A stretch of 64,000 nt of DNA from Cenococcum geophilum (taxonomy: Eukaryota): NCBI GenBank assembly GCA_050273025.1, contig CP158635.1:744001-808000 (forward strand), read 5' to 3'. The translations under genes were made by a program, and so were the position numbers. Under the pieces are notes generated by a model. It worked only from the letters and a program-made list of their open reading frames with translations. It did no database searches and was not told the origin of the DNA. Of the stretch, positions 51,965 through 64,000 are shown one piece after another. The stretch's first letter is position 1. Every line of letters begins with the position of its first letter.

Positions 51965-54900
51965 ATGTAAAACGCATAATTCCTTAAGCACGAACAAAGA
52001 TTTATAGCGGAGAGGAGGATTAAGTATAGAGGTACTGCTAGTGTTAATCTTAAAGTGCTATATTTTATATGCGAAAAGGACAAAGTAAATATAGCAAGAC
52101 TTAAGAATTTCTTCCGGAAGAATAGTTGCGATCGCCTAGATATTCAAAATTATCTTCCTACTGTTATTAATTAGGAGCAGCTTAACGCTGCTATTTAACT
52201 TTTGGAAACTTCTGCTAAGGCGCTAATAGGTTATCTACGTAATAATTATACAAAGCTAAACTTTCCTCCTAATTTCCGTTTAGAATGTCTCTACGGCCTA
52301 TACTAGGTTTAAGCAGCTACGGAGTTCCTTCCTTTAGGAGATAAGCGCTAGATTATAGATCTATATCTTATAGGTAGGAAATTCCCGTTTTATATACGCA
52401 GTAGGCTCTAACTCTAATTATATCTAGACATTAACTATAAACTAAAGACAACTATAATTAAAGAGTACTCTTATAAGAAGAAGCCTAACGATAGTAAAAT
52501 CTACTATAAAATTCGCCAGTACCAACTGTTAGGGAATGCGTACTTTGAGGAACGATAGTAGGCTTATTTAGCCGCTATATCTAACCGGAAAAAGTAGAAT
52601 CTAAAGCGTATATTAAATCGCCCAAAATATAGAGCAGTATTTAACTTGCAACTAGATATTCCTAGGCTTAAAAAAGGTATAAGACTAGGCACTATATATA
52701 TATAGCTTAATATAGGATATAATAAGGTAAGGATTTATATCCAGGCGCTATAAGTTGCTAATAACATTTAAATAGCCAATTCTCTATCATCTTAATTATA
52801 TTAGGTATATCTAGTCTAAGATCTTTAGTAATAATAGATAGGCAATATAGAAGGTGGATAGACTTACTATAATAGCATTAAAGCTTACTGCTTTTAGAGC
52901 GTGTAGTGTAGATACTAGAGCTTTATATAGCTAGTTACGGCGCAGCCAGATCTTCGGTAATTTCAATAAGTAAGATCGTGAAGTTATATAGAGTAAAGTG
53001 CTCTCTATCTCCACTAACCACTTAATCCCTTCTTTCTTTAATTTTTTTAAGGATCTTAATTACCTATAAGGCCCGGCTAACTGCGTAAAATAACTAATAC
53101 CGCTATTAGGTAAGAACTCCTTATCCTATACTTTATAGTAAATGTTCTCTAATATAAACTAGCGGATTGATTAATGTGTAATCCAAGAGTCCGAATCTAG
53201 GTTCGTATTTAGGCCAAAAAGTCTTATAGATTAAGTAGACCTTAAATGCCAACAGATATAGATAGGTGCTATACGCGATTTCCTTAAGATCCTAGCGCAG
53301 CGTAAAAAGGCGAAGGATAATTTATTAGTAAAGCCAACTAATAGTCTAAGCGAGACTGCCCTATATAAGTTTGCCGCTCTTACCTACTAATTAGGCTTTA
53401 AGTCCGACTAGATCTATAGTTTAATTTAGCGGTCTACTAACAGGGAGATCGCCTATATAGCTCTATAAGAAGCTAGAAAACCAGGCCGCTAATAATATAA
53501 TCCTATTGCCTTTAAGGGCTTTATAGAGCAAATAATAGATTTCTTTTCTACCGCTTAAGAGATAATAGAGGAGGAAACGAGAGCTATAGTCAATGCTAAT
53601 TATTCTAATAGGTTACTAAAGAGATGCGGGATTCTAAAAACTTACAATTATAAATAAGATAAGCTTTTACTATTTCTAGATAAGCTATACACTAATAGGG
53701 TATAAGCTAATAAGATAACGTCATTCTTCGTCCAAAGATCCGTATACCTCGCCTTTTTTAAAAAGCCGAACCGCACTAATGTTAACGGTGGTATAACTTA
53801 TAGGTAAGCACAGATCCCCAAATAGGTAATACTTAAGCAAGAAAAGCTTAAGCGAGAGAGGCTTAAGCAAAAAAGACTTAAGCGGGAGAGGCTTAAGCGG
53901 GAGAGGTAGTAGTAGGCTAAACAAGAGACGCTTAACTAGAAGAGGCTTAAACACAAGAGGCTTAAATAAGAGAGGATAAAGTAGAAAAGGCTTAAATAAA
54001 AGAGAATAAAGTAGGAGAGGCTTAAACAAAAGAGGCTTAAGTAGGAGAGGCTTAAATAGAAAAGGCTTAAGCAGGAGAGACTTAAGTAGGAGAGGTTGGA
54101 ACAAAAGAGGCTTAAGTAGGAGAGGCTTAAGTAGGAAAGACTTAAGTAGGAGAAGTTAAAATAGGAGAGGCTTAAGCAGAAGAGGCTTAAGTAGGAGAGG
54201 CTTAAGTAGGAGAGGTTTAAGCAGGAGAGGCTTAAGTAGGAAAAGCTTAAGTAGGAAAGGCTTAAGCAGGAAAGGCTTAAGCAGAAGAGGCTTAAGTAGG
54301 AGAGGCTTAAGCAGGAGAGGCTTAAGTAAGAAAGGCTTAAACAGAAGAGGCTTAAGTAGGAAAGGCTTAAGCAGGAGAGGCTTAAGCAGAAAAGGCTTAA
54401 GCAGAAGAGGCTTAAGTAGGAGAGGCTTAAGCAAAAAAGGCTTAAGCAGGAAAGGCTTAAGCAGGAAAGGCTTAAGCAGGAAAGGCTTAAGCAGAAAAGG
54501 CTTAAGTAGGAGAGGCTTAAGCAGGAGAGGCTTAAGCAGGAGAGGCTTAAGTAGGAAAGGCTTAAGTAGAAGAGGCTTAAGCAGGAGAGGCTTAAGCAGG
54601 AGAGGATAGAGCAGGAGAGGCTAGAACAGGAGAGGATAGAGCAGAAAAGGCTTAAGTAGAAAAGGCTTAAGTAAAAAAGGCTAGAATAGAAGAGGATGGA
54701 GTAGAAGAGGCTAAAACAAGAAAGGATAAAGTAGGAGAGGCTTAAAGAGGAGAGGTAGCGGCAGGCTAAGTAAGAGAGGCTTATATTTAAGTAAGAAAGA
54801 TAGATACAGGAGATATAAGTAAGGAAAGAAGAAAAGACCGTAAAGGAAAAGTAAGAGAGACTAGCAAGAGGATAAAAGCCTTTATTAACAGCGGAGTAAG

Positions 54901-55400
54901 ACTAAAGATAAATTACCTAGATTAACTTAGATAAACTTATAGAACTAATAGGCTAAGAACTAGTAGAAGAAGATTAGGTATTAAAGACTATACCCTAAAA
55001 CAACTATTAAACACGGTAAGACTAAATAGAAGTTAGTAAAAACACCTATACTACGCGGGATAATATAGATTCCGTAGTAATAGATACTACTAACTTAACT
55101 TCTACTTCTAACCGGAGGATAAAGACCCAGAAAATTTAAATAGACTTTAAGATTATAGAACGCGGCACTTAGAGTTTAGTATATAGCCTCCTAGTTAATC
55201 CCTTTAAGCTATTAGAGGTAAGGTAAGTAGTAGTAGAGTATATAAGAAAGAGGGGAAGGATAAAGATATATAATACAAATAAATATATACTAAGCCCTTA
55301 AATATATTTTAAGGACGTTATTACTAATAGGATAAACACTATACTTTTAATTCCGGAATCGGAGAGGGACACTATTAACCTTTCCCTTATATCGGGATGA
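51965..55400 (+). pseudogene. DUF3723 protein with long coiled-coil repeat (Starship auxiliary gene)
   Basis: KYRGTASV.L..L.F; N[H]LP.VI; FRLECL[H]G.H...AA.EFLP.GDKR[W]I.DLY; intron ~52373-52427; EYS..KKP.D[GE]IYYKIRQY; LIPSF..FF[E]DLNYL; ICADFL...KPT; C-terminal LSP..CF.DV..D..NTILLIP. Confidence 0.85.
53845..54785 (+). repeat. 15-bp coding minisatellite (consensus cttgagcaggagagg = LEQER), roughly 60 units
   Basis: cttaagcaggagagg / cttaagtaggaaagg repeats in 15-bp register; variants are G>A and C>T changes. Confidence 0.92.
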
Positions 55401-57906
55401 CTTATAATTTACTCTTAGCGGTAGCTATAACCAGTTTAGAATATATATAGACTTTTTGCCCTTTAAGATATTATATTTTAGTAAAAGATAAGGGTCTAAT
55501 AGACCTTTCTCTATTAGAGGGGAGGTTTTTATTATAAGGATGGACGAGGTTTATGCTAGTAATATTAATAGTTAAAACTCTTTAGATTAGATTAGTTCGG
55601 TTTAACTAAAATCTTAAAAGTAACCGGTTTGTCGGTTTAATTAACTTAATTTAGATTAGTTATTAGGCATTTTAATAAACTAGTTATTTAATAAAACTAA
55701 ATAGCTCTAGCTATAATATAAACACAAGCCTCTATATAAGCCTCTGCCACAGCCTTACCCTAAAAGAATAAGCGCTACAACCTAAATAAGGCTAGCTTCT
55801 GCTAAGGCCAAAAAAACACGCTAAAATACGTAAATAAACACTTTTAAGACGTATTATCTGGTTAAATCTAGTTTAACTAATGCTATAACCGGTTTAAGCC
55901 TTAAAATTGTATTTTAGATTAGTTTTAATGTCTATCCCTAGGTCCTAAAATATATACTATAATAAGATAAACTATAGGTACTTTAAGTTTAAAGTAACAG
56001 AAACTCTAATAGCGTATTAATATTTGCGTTGTTCTACTTACCTCAGCAAGCTTAAACCGTAGAATTAATTAACGGATATATATATATCCGCAAGCGGATA
56101 TCGCTAACCTTTTTTATTAAAAAGTTAATTCTATAGTCTAAGAGACTTTTCTAGACTTTATTAAGCGACGCGACTTATTTTATATATAGAGCAGTTACCT
56201 TTTTTAATGAAATTAATCTATAGCTTCTTCTATATCGCGCTTTAATTCCCTTTATTATTCTACTAGAATAGAAGTCGACTCATATACTTAATAAAGGATT
56301 TTTAGGCAACGTTAACCAGCGTCTATAGGCGATATTTACTCGGCTTATCAATTATATAAGTATCTTATTTAATTAGGTACAATTCGGCTAGTAACCTTTA
56401 CCTATACTATACGGAATGTCTCTAATAGTCGCGCCACTATTTTATATAGTAGCCTTTTTCTAGTAATGCGCTCTATAACTAAGACCGTGGTAATTCTCGT
56501 TATAGACTAGTTTCCTAGGGGAGAAATAGCTGAAGAATAGTAATATATTAATAACAACTTCGCAGACTTATAAGGGAGAGACTTAAGATATCTAAACTGT
56601 GGATTTGTCTTGGGACGGGGTGCGTCTCTTAATGTAGGGACGGACGTTAGCTTTATTTTTAAAACGTAACTTAACCGTTAACATCACTAGTTGCCTTAGA
56701 AATTAGTTTTCTACTAAAAGGCTAAGTATTAAATTTAATAAGGCGGGAATATAGTATACCTAATGTTTACTAAGCCACTACTAAGAATATACATAGCTCG
56801 TTAACCTACTATTGCCTAAGACTCTTATAAGGTGCCCTAAAACGGGTACCCTCCACTATAAATAAACTTATTTCCTTTAGTTATCTTAATCTAGATATAG
56901 CCGAAGTTTATTTATAGATATAAAGGGACCAGAATTAGGCCCCTTATAAATTACAATTATAAAAAGGCCCTTTATAGCACTAAGTACTACTTATTAAGTT
57001 AAACTAGCTTTACTACTATATAATATCTATAATAAGCGTGCCAGTTAGCGTTCCCTCTACCGCCTAATATACCCGACCTTAACCTATTCCTAGAAACCCT
57101 AAAGCCTTAAATTAAAATAAGAAATATATACCTTATAAAGCACCTACAATATAAATACCCTATATGGTAATATCTATCTAGGTAAATAAAGCTTCCACTT
57201 AGCATAATGCCCTTGCTGCAATTTTTTCCTAGCTTATCCTTATAGGATATATTGTATTCCCTAGCACATTTACCTCTCTTTAAAATTCTAATAGTCTTAA
57301 TAATAGTAAAAGAGAGAAATTCGTCCAATATACTGTTAAGAATGCGCCGCTTCTACCTATAGCAGGCGTTTGCTATATCGTTAAAATAGTTAGCACATAT
57401 TAGTTATAGCAGAAGTAGTAAAAGAATTATATATGGCTAATTGCTCGGATATGCTTATAAGTTATTTATAGCTGTATAGAGAATATATATTAACTTATTA
57501 GATAAAGGCCCGGTCTACTTAATTCGTTTACTAGCTTATTTACAACGCTTATTAGTATCTATACTGCGTAAAGCAGACACTAGTCCGTAACGGCTAAATT
57601 TATAATTAAAATAATCGGTTTATATATAGCTCTATTAGCGCTAACTCTAGCATAAAACCTAAGAAAGCTAGATAGAATTAAGACGCAGTATAATAAAGAA
57701 GTAGCTAAGCACAGTAAATCGTAGAGTAGTTTAATAGAAAATTATATTAATACTTAAGCTAATTAAGGTATTAGAAGCATTGTTATTCTAGATTTTATTA
57801 ACTAAAATTTCTAATAAGATAATGGAGACCCCCTATATAACAATGCGAGGATATATACTAAGATTAATATTAAAACAATAAGTAGCAATATTTTTAATAA
57901 GATATC

Positions 57907-58059
57907 TATTACGGCACTATTACAGACCTTAGTTAGGGGCTCGCTAGAGCCTTAGCACTATATATATAGACATGTCCTTTCCTTAACCTTTTTCTAGTCT
58001 TAGAATTCTAGTTTACTAGCTACTAATAAATTCTATTCTTTTAACTAAGCCTTTATAAC
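57907..58059. repeat. Short LTR-like dispersed repeat (copy 2, uninterrupted)
   Basis: Matches 43122-43487 minus the 201-bp insert. Confidence 0.7.
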
Positions 58060-59384
58060 GGCCCTTTAATTCTCCTATAAAAATATTAAGGGAAGAGGGG
58101 CCCGCTTACGGGCCTAGACGGGCACGCTTCTAAATTTAAAGGTTCCTTAAAACGGTCCTAAATACTCTCTATAGCTTCCTCCTATATAATATACCTTCTA
58201 TCTCGCTCTAATAAATATATATACTAAGTAAGGTCTTTAATATATCCACAGAACCTCTATTAATGGCATTTAGCAACCTAGATAAAGAGGGTTAGAGATC
58301 CCTTCTTAGTAGTATAAGTATACCCTCCCTCTATACCTTCTATAGGTCTTTGGCAAATGAACCTACTAGTGCATATACACTATTAGTTACGCTAAAAAAG
58401 GTCCTTAAAGCCGTCCTTAAGAGTATAGACATTGTAGATTATCTAAGAATTATTTAACTAGTGGCAATAAAGAAGCAAGTATCTGCTCTCTCCTTAATAG
58501 AAGAATCTAAACGGATAGAAGTACTTAACATTATAGACGACGCTAGCCGTAAAGTGGCGATTGAAAAGCTTTAGTTATATAAAAGAAGGCGTATAGAGAA
58601 ATGGGGCTCTCGCTGTTCCATAGCACCTATAATTAGAAAGCATAGTATTAATCTTATAGAAGTAATTATGCATAACTACAAATAAGTTAGACTAATAATT
58701 AAGGAAAAAGGCAGCTTAAGTTAAGGACTAAGAAGTACAGTTAGAAGGCGGCTCGGAGTATTAGATTCTTTAGTAGTTAAAGATTATAAAGATTATATAA
58801 TAAGCGTGTAGATTTCTTAGGTTTCTGACTATTATATATAAAGACACTTATTAGCACACTAAGATAGAACCGTCGCAACTACTATACCGTTATAAGGCAA
58901 GCGCCAAGGAAACGGCCCTTAGATCTCTTTAATCATATATTACTAACAGAGAGATTAGCTACTAAGACTACTAAGCTTGCTTACTTCGCAGCTAATACTT
59001 TATTTCATTAACTCTAACCTATAATATTAAAACGCGGAGTAATTTATATTAAAACTTATTATAAAGCATTAAAAGAATATACTAAGTCTACGCCTTTTAA
59101 AGCCTCCCTAGTAACCCTTCTCTTATTTTATCCTACCTAAATCAGAGGCTAGATCTATACGGCCTTTCTCTAAACTCTTAACTATTTTATACTTCTAGTT
59201 ATATATCTATTAACCTTTATTAAGTTATTTATAGAGACTGTGCTAGGCTTATCGGATCCCATAGCCAAACCCATCTAGTTATTTTACTTAAATTTGTTAG
59301 AGAGCTGCCCTAAGTTCTAAGTATATCTAGTCTACTATAGAGCCTTTTCCGAGATATAAGTCTTAAAAGCCTCTACGATATCTA

Positions 59385-62140
59385 TCCTTAAGCGTTTAGA
59401 ATCTAATATGTCGTGCTAACTGCTAACTAAAAGACCGTTTATCTAAAGCGCTAAGTTTCTTATAACTATTAGGCCGCAGCTAGACCTATCTTTCTATTAG
59501 GGGGTAGGCTGCTTACTAAAGTCTAAGATTAGCCTATTGGTAACAATATTACCTAGGGTTTTAGTACGTACCGCCTTAATATATTTAAACTTTAAGTAGC
59601 TAAACTCCTCCTACTATAATATTAGCCATATCTTTAATTATTTAGCTAAATCCTAACTCACTTATATAAGCTTCCCAACTTAAGTTAATTCTAATATGCC
59701 ATTAATAACATCTCCATTTACTATCGAATTATAATAATAGATCTTTTCCTCTTGCCTATTTATCTTAAGTAATATAAAATGGCTACCTTTACAGTTTAAT
59801 AGGCAAAAGTACACTAGACGAGATTCCTCTCTATACTCTTTCTAGGCTTCTCTATAGAACGCTTTAACTTTCTTTCTCTAACCTACTAGAGGCCTAGTAA
59901 CGCGTTTTATCTTACCGTTTTTACTAAATTTCTTAAATTAGTCTAGTGGGATACTATAACCGTATCTTATAAAAGACGGTTTATCGGATATTATTATACT
60001 AGCCATTAAAAGCTATCTGTTAAACTATTTACCTTAGCGAAGCCTATTAAATATATTGTACGGTAGCTCTATTCCGTCTTCCATAGAGACACTATTATCT
60101 TCCTTAAGCTTCCGCTTGCCTAGGACTTTAGTATTAATATTCTCTATTAAATGGTTAACAGCAGCATCTAAGGATCCCTTTGGTATCGCCTCCTATGCTA
60201 GAAATATCTACGTTAATCTATAAGCTTCTCTCTTTAAATAAGTAACTTACCACCTCTAGCGCAAAAGTAGCTATTAATTCCCTACACTCTTCTTCTAATA
60301 TAAGACTCTCTACCGTTAGCGAAGTAAATAGGGAGTAAAGGTTAGGCTTTCCTTTGTTTATTAACAGCTCTAACTATTAACTTAGAATTTAGAGCAGTCG
60401 CATACGCTTTAAGTCTGCCTAAATATCTTTAATTAGGATATCAAGTTGCTCCATATCTTTCTTAGTATACTCCCTACTTAAAATTGGTTTCTTAGCAGCT
60501 AATAGGTATTTAGGGGGCAGGCCGCTCACTAGATATTTAAGCTAAAGAGTATCCCTAGGCCAAGTTCTTTTACAAGCTTTATGCTTAGCTTATACCCTCT
60601 ACTAAGCTGCGTATTAATCTACTTCCTTTATAATTATCTATTCCTCTTTATAATACTAATATCTATCGAGTTGCCAGATCTGCTATAGTCTTCTCTTATA
60701 GTTAGTCTCCTAACGCCTCTAACCCACTTCCTAGGTTGCTTAGTTCTTATCTGCCGACCTTATATTTTATCTAGTACGTAAATTAATGCGCCCCTGCGGT
60801 CTATTAGCTTATTCCTTTTAGTATAGATTATAACTTACGCCAGTTTAACCTGCCTATTATACTACTCCTAAGCTCCTATATACTCTAGCATGTTAAATAT
60901 TATAACTCTTTAGGTCTCGGAAAATCCCGCTTTTAGTATACGCATCTATATAGAGCCATCTAACCACTTACCTAAATTTGGCAGGCTTAAAAGCTCCTTA
61001 CTATCCGCCCGCAATATTTATAGGATCCTTAAGTAAACCGCCTTCGGAACCCCTTACTAATACTAGCTAAATCCGTGGATAATCTAAACTGCCTTAAGGA
61101 CTATATCCCTTACTATAGTAACCTCTATAGGAGGCGAGCCTACGGTAGGGCTAGGTAATGAGGAAATACTCTTAACCAATATTAGTATCTTCTCTCTATA
61201 GATCTCTTCCGTCTAAGGTAAGGTAAATATATTTCTTTCTATCTGTTGCGCCGGTGTAGCTAGGGCTACTATACTTAGCAATAGTGCTTAAGGTAGGGTG
61301 GTATGCCTCTCCAATTCCACAGGCTCTGGTTATTAATTTTAATCTCCATTTAATACTAGGGTGGTTCTAGATTCTAGGATTCCTTTCTTTATAGGTGCAC
61401 TGCTAATCTATTGGCAACCTATTACCAATTCTACTCTTATAAAATCCTCTTTAGTAGCATTAACACCATCGCCTAATTCGAGGTAGTATACTTCGACCTT
61501 ATTATTATATATACCTTTATCCGGTGCCAGTAATGCAGTAGCATCTTTCCTAATCTTACTCTATCCATTACCATTTTAAAGAACTTTGCGTTTATCCTAA
61601 TAGATTAGCATATCCCTAAACACCGGAGTAGCCGGTTAAGTTAAGCGATTAATACTAAGGCTACTTTTACTTTACTATAGATTAAGCTTGCCTAAAGGGT
61701 TGTCTTTCTTTACCTTAGCCTTAGCGGATTTTAGAGACTAATAGGAATAACCCTTATATCTTACGGACTTTGCAGCTTTATCCTCTATATCCTCCTGGAG
61801 CTGCTATAGCCCTCCAGTTACATCCTATATGCCGCCATTTATATTACTATACTCCAGGATTATATTAGCTAAAGATTAAGTAGCCTTAGGGGCTTTCTTA
61901 TATAGACTGCGTACGAGCCGAGGGAACTAGGCCGATTAATGGTAAGATCCTCTAAACGGGATGCGCTCTTAATAAATAGCCCTTTTATATATCTTAGGCT
62001 AAACCTATATTCCGACTATTACGTCTTAGGTAACCTTAGTAACGAATTTATTAAAGAGTATTAGCAGTACTTTACTTCTACTAATTAACGCTCTTGTACC
62101 CTAATTAATAATTAGCTTGTTATTTATACGGCAACCATCT
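59385..62140 (-). pseudogene. Large multi-exon cargo gene with C-terminal Ulp1/Peptidase C48-like (SUMO/ubiquitin-like protease) domain; start approximate
   Basis: Minus strand: RLR.GK[W]F[D].[W]LL (~60010-60050); VYFC.LNCKGSHF.LL.IN (59761-59815); KIY[H]Y[D]S (~59724-59745); PTP[QQ]KDRSSCGL.VIRN (59457-59508). Introns at ~60250-60208 and ~59662-59612. Confidence 0.7.
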
Positions 62141-63496
62141 CTTAGTAGTCTACTCCTACCTCCTAGCTTAAAGTCTCTTTTTAGACATTTATTAGCTCTA
62201 TACTCGCGGATACGCCTAAGTTATTAAATTCCATTACGGCTCAAATTTCCAGGTTATCCTAGTGTGGTGCTTAAAAACGCATTAAAGGTTAATCAATTAT
62301 TATAAAACTGTGATAGTAATAAGAATAGCAAGAAAGGATCGGATTAAGAGGACGCGTATATATATATATAAATCTTACAGGTATTTCAGCATCCTAAGAT
62401 ATTAAAATGCTCCACTAAAAGTTATTATAAACAATTACACCGCTATATGGCAACTAAAGCCGGCTAGATGCCCTAATAGCGGTATTATATAACCGTTTTA
62501 GAAATAAGGATTAATAGCTATTACGTGGTTAATAGAGATAGGAAATATAAAATACGGATCTTAGGGTTGCTTGGCTAATGGTAGTATATATAATCTTAAT
62601 TCTTATTAGCTTATATAAGTATCCAATTACTAGGATTTAGAAGAGCTATAAGTCTAATATATATCCTATTACTTAGAGATCCTGGTGCCAACTAATAGTT
62701 TAAAGCGCTATCTTAGGTAAGGGAATTTTACAAGCCGCACCATTAAATACCCTTTAGGGGCTTTTAATACGCTCTAGCGTCTTATTACCTATAATATAAT
62801 ACAATAGGGCGCATAAAGCCGCATATCCCACTTAAAAGCCCCACTCTCTCAGTATTACTATTAACGTATACTACTACTACTAACGGACAGGTAACCCAAG
62901 GGATTACCGTATCGTATGCCTGTATATAGGAAAGATAAATAATCTATATCATTTAATCCTTCCTAAAGTCCCCTAAGATGTAGTCTTAAGAAACCTAACC
63001 ATTTATAGTATAGTTACTGGTTTATATAGAGCCCGTCTAGCCAAAAGAGTATTACCAGTTAGCGCCTTAATATTAGTAATATCATTTTATAGTTTAAGGA
63101 GCGGTAATAAGGCGATCCGTATTCCAACGCCATTGGCGCTGCGATTTATAACACGGCAACCTCTCGTACTTAGATCCTAAGCGTACATTTATGCCCACAA
63201 ACAAGTAACCTTAAATTAAGCCCCTATAGACGGTTAAGGCGGCACCGCTTAGCTTATTAAATTATAGTAATATCCTCTCTTCCTTCTAGTGTTACAAACT
63301 TACGCATTACTAGTATATATTAGGGGCGTTTTAGCAATCCTCCTAGCATGCTCCCTTATAACTTATTGTCTTATATAGCACGAACTAAATTTAACTGCTT
63401 ACCTTAGGGGGGGGGTTAAAGCAGACTAACTAGCATCTATAGCATATCTATTCCTTAGGCCAAGAGCGTATAAGCTGCCCTTAACTTTATATAAGA

Positions 63497-63705
63497 ACTA
63501 GGGAATAGGCTTTATTAATAATACAAACCTAATTATATACGGGCTAATAGCTATAAAGAATTGCAGAATACTAGAGAAAGTTTATAACACCTATATAGAA
63601 TAGGTAAAATAATATAAAGTCCAATTCTTACTAGAGAAATACTAGCTAATCTATTTTATAAGAAAACGTAACTAATTTATAGATCTTTAGTATATAATTT
63701 ATATT
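63497..63705 (+). mobile_element. Isolated internal fragment of a LINE-B-family RT
   Basis: Colinear match to 38612-38820 (gg.ataggctttatt.ataata.aaacctaattatatacgggctaatagct...). Confidence 0.85.
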
Positions 63706-64000
63706 AGTCCTTAAAATCGGACTCTACACCTATATATAGTGAGGTCTATAAACCTACTAGTCTTTAGACTTAGTAGAGCTAACGTAAAGACGTCACACAG
63801 CTATAGGTAGGAGGTAGTGGTGGTTGACGAAATGTTATAGGGGGTAGTGAAAAGTTTTTATATAGGATGGTGAGATCTCAAAAACCACTACTAACGGTAA
63901 CCCCCTTCATAGTAGATAACTGCTATACTCCTATTTAACCCTATATAATCCTTACGGATATAAGATAAAATTTAACGTCCCCTGACCCCTAATTAAAAGC

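Larger units (their letters stand above)
4050..64000. other. RIP-mutated AT-rich block
   Basis: Abrupt shift to TA-rich, CA/TG-poor sequence. Recognisable protein motifs carry TAA/TAG where CAA/CAG/TGG is expected. Differences between paired LTRs are mostly C<->T and G<->A. Confidence 0.95.
20478..64000 (+). mobile_element. Starship giant transposon, 5' portion, RIP-inactivated; left boundary inferred, right boundary not identified
   Basis: The DUF3435 captain is the first gene, ~430 bp after a TTAC (20474-20477). Downstream lie DUF3723 and ferric-reductase-like genes, which are established Starship auxiliary genes. Confidence 0.85.

Noticed and set aside
53721..54434. Minus-strand Leu/Lys/Pro-rich ORFs (LLKPL repeats)
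   Set aside because: These are antisense read-through of the 15-bp LEQER minisatellite. The flanking DUF3723 homology is on the plus strand.
53845..54785. CRISPR-like appearance of this and the 51135-51815 array
   Set aside because: No unique spacers, no cas genes, and a eukaryotic intron-containing context.
55555..55935. Possible hAT-like MITE with aaccggttt subterminal motifs
   Set aside because: I could not establish matching TIRs or a TSD by eye.
62300..64000. Starship right boundary
   Set aside because: No continuation of the 20096 LTR, no aagctctac repeat and no return to unmutated host sequence are visible.

Overview
This is filamentous-ascomycete DNA. Bases 1-~4000 are GC-rich and intact, with two convergent spliced host genes: the 3' part of an AcuK/Ert1-type transcription factor and riboflavin kinase. 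From ~4050 to the end the sequence is AT-rich, TpA-enriched and CpA/TpG-depleted, the pattern of repeat-induced point mutation (RIP). The ORF track is nearly empty there, so I read genes by manually reverting RIP transitions. Left part: a tandem-repeat-rich unclassified element holds a full Tad1-like LINE (4495-18048), which holds a complete chromoviral Gypsy element (5930-13953). A truncated LTR follows (20096-20477). From ~20478 lies the 5' ~43 kb of a RIP-inactivated Starship-type giant transposon. Its first gene is a DUF3435 tyrosine-recombinase captain with an in-frame Cys/His region and C-terminal chromodomain. Cargo pseudogenes include a ferric reductase-like gene, a DUF3723 gene with a long (LEQER)n coiled-coil repeat, a ferritin-like/Rds1-type gene, a Ulp1/C48-type protease and membrane proteins. 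A second LINE (28347-40263) with a nested Copia element (28712-33629) sits inside it. I could not identify the Starship's right end in the window. All domain calls are by eye, with no database search, and pseudogene boundaries are approximate.
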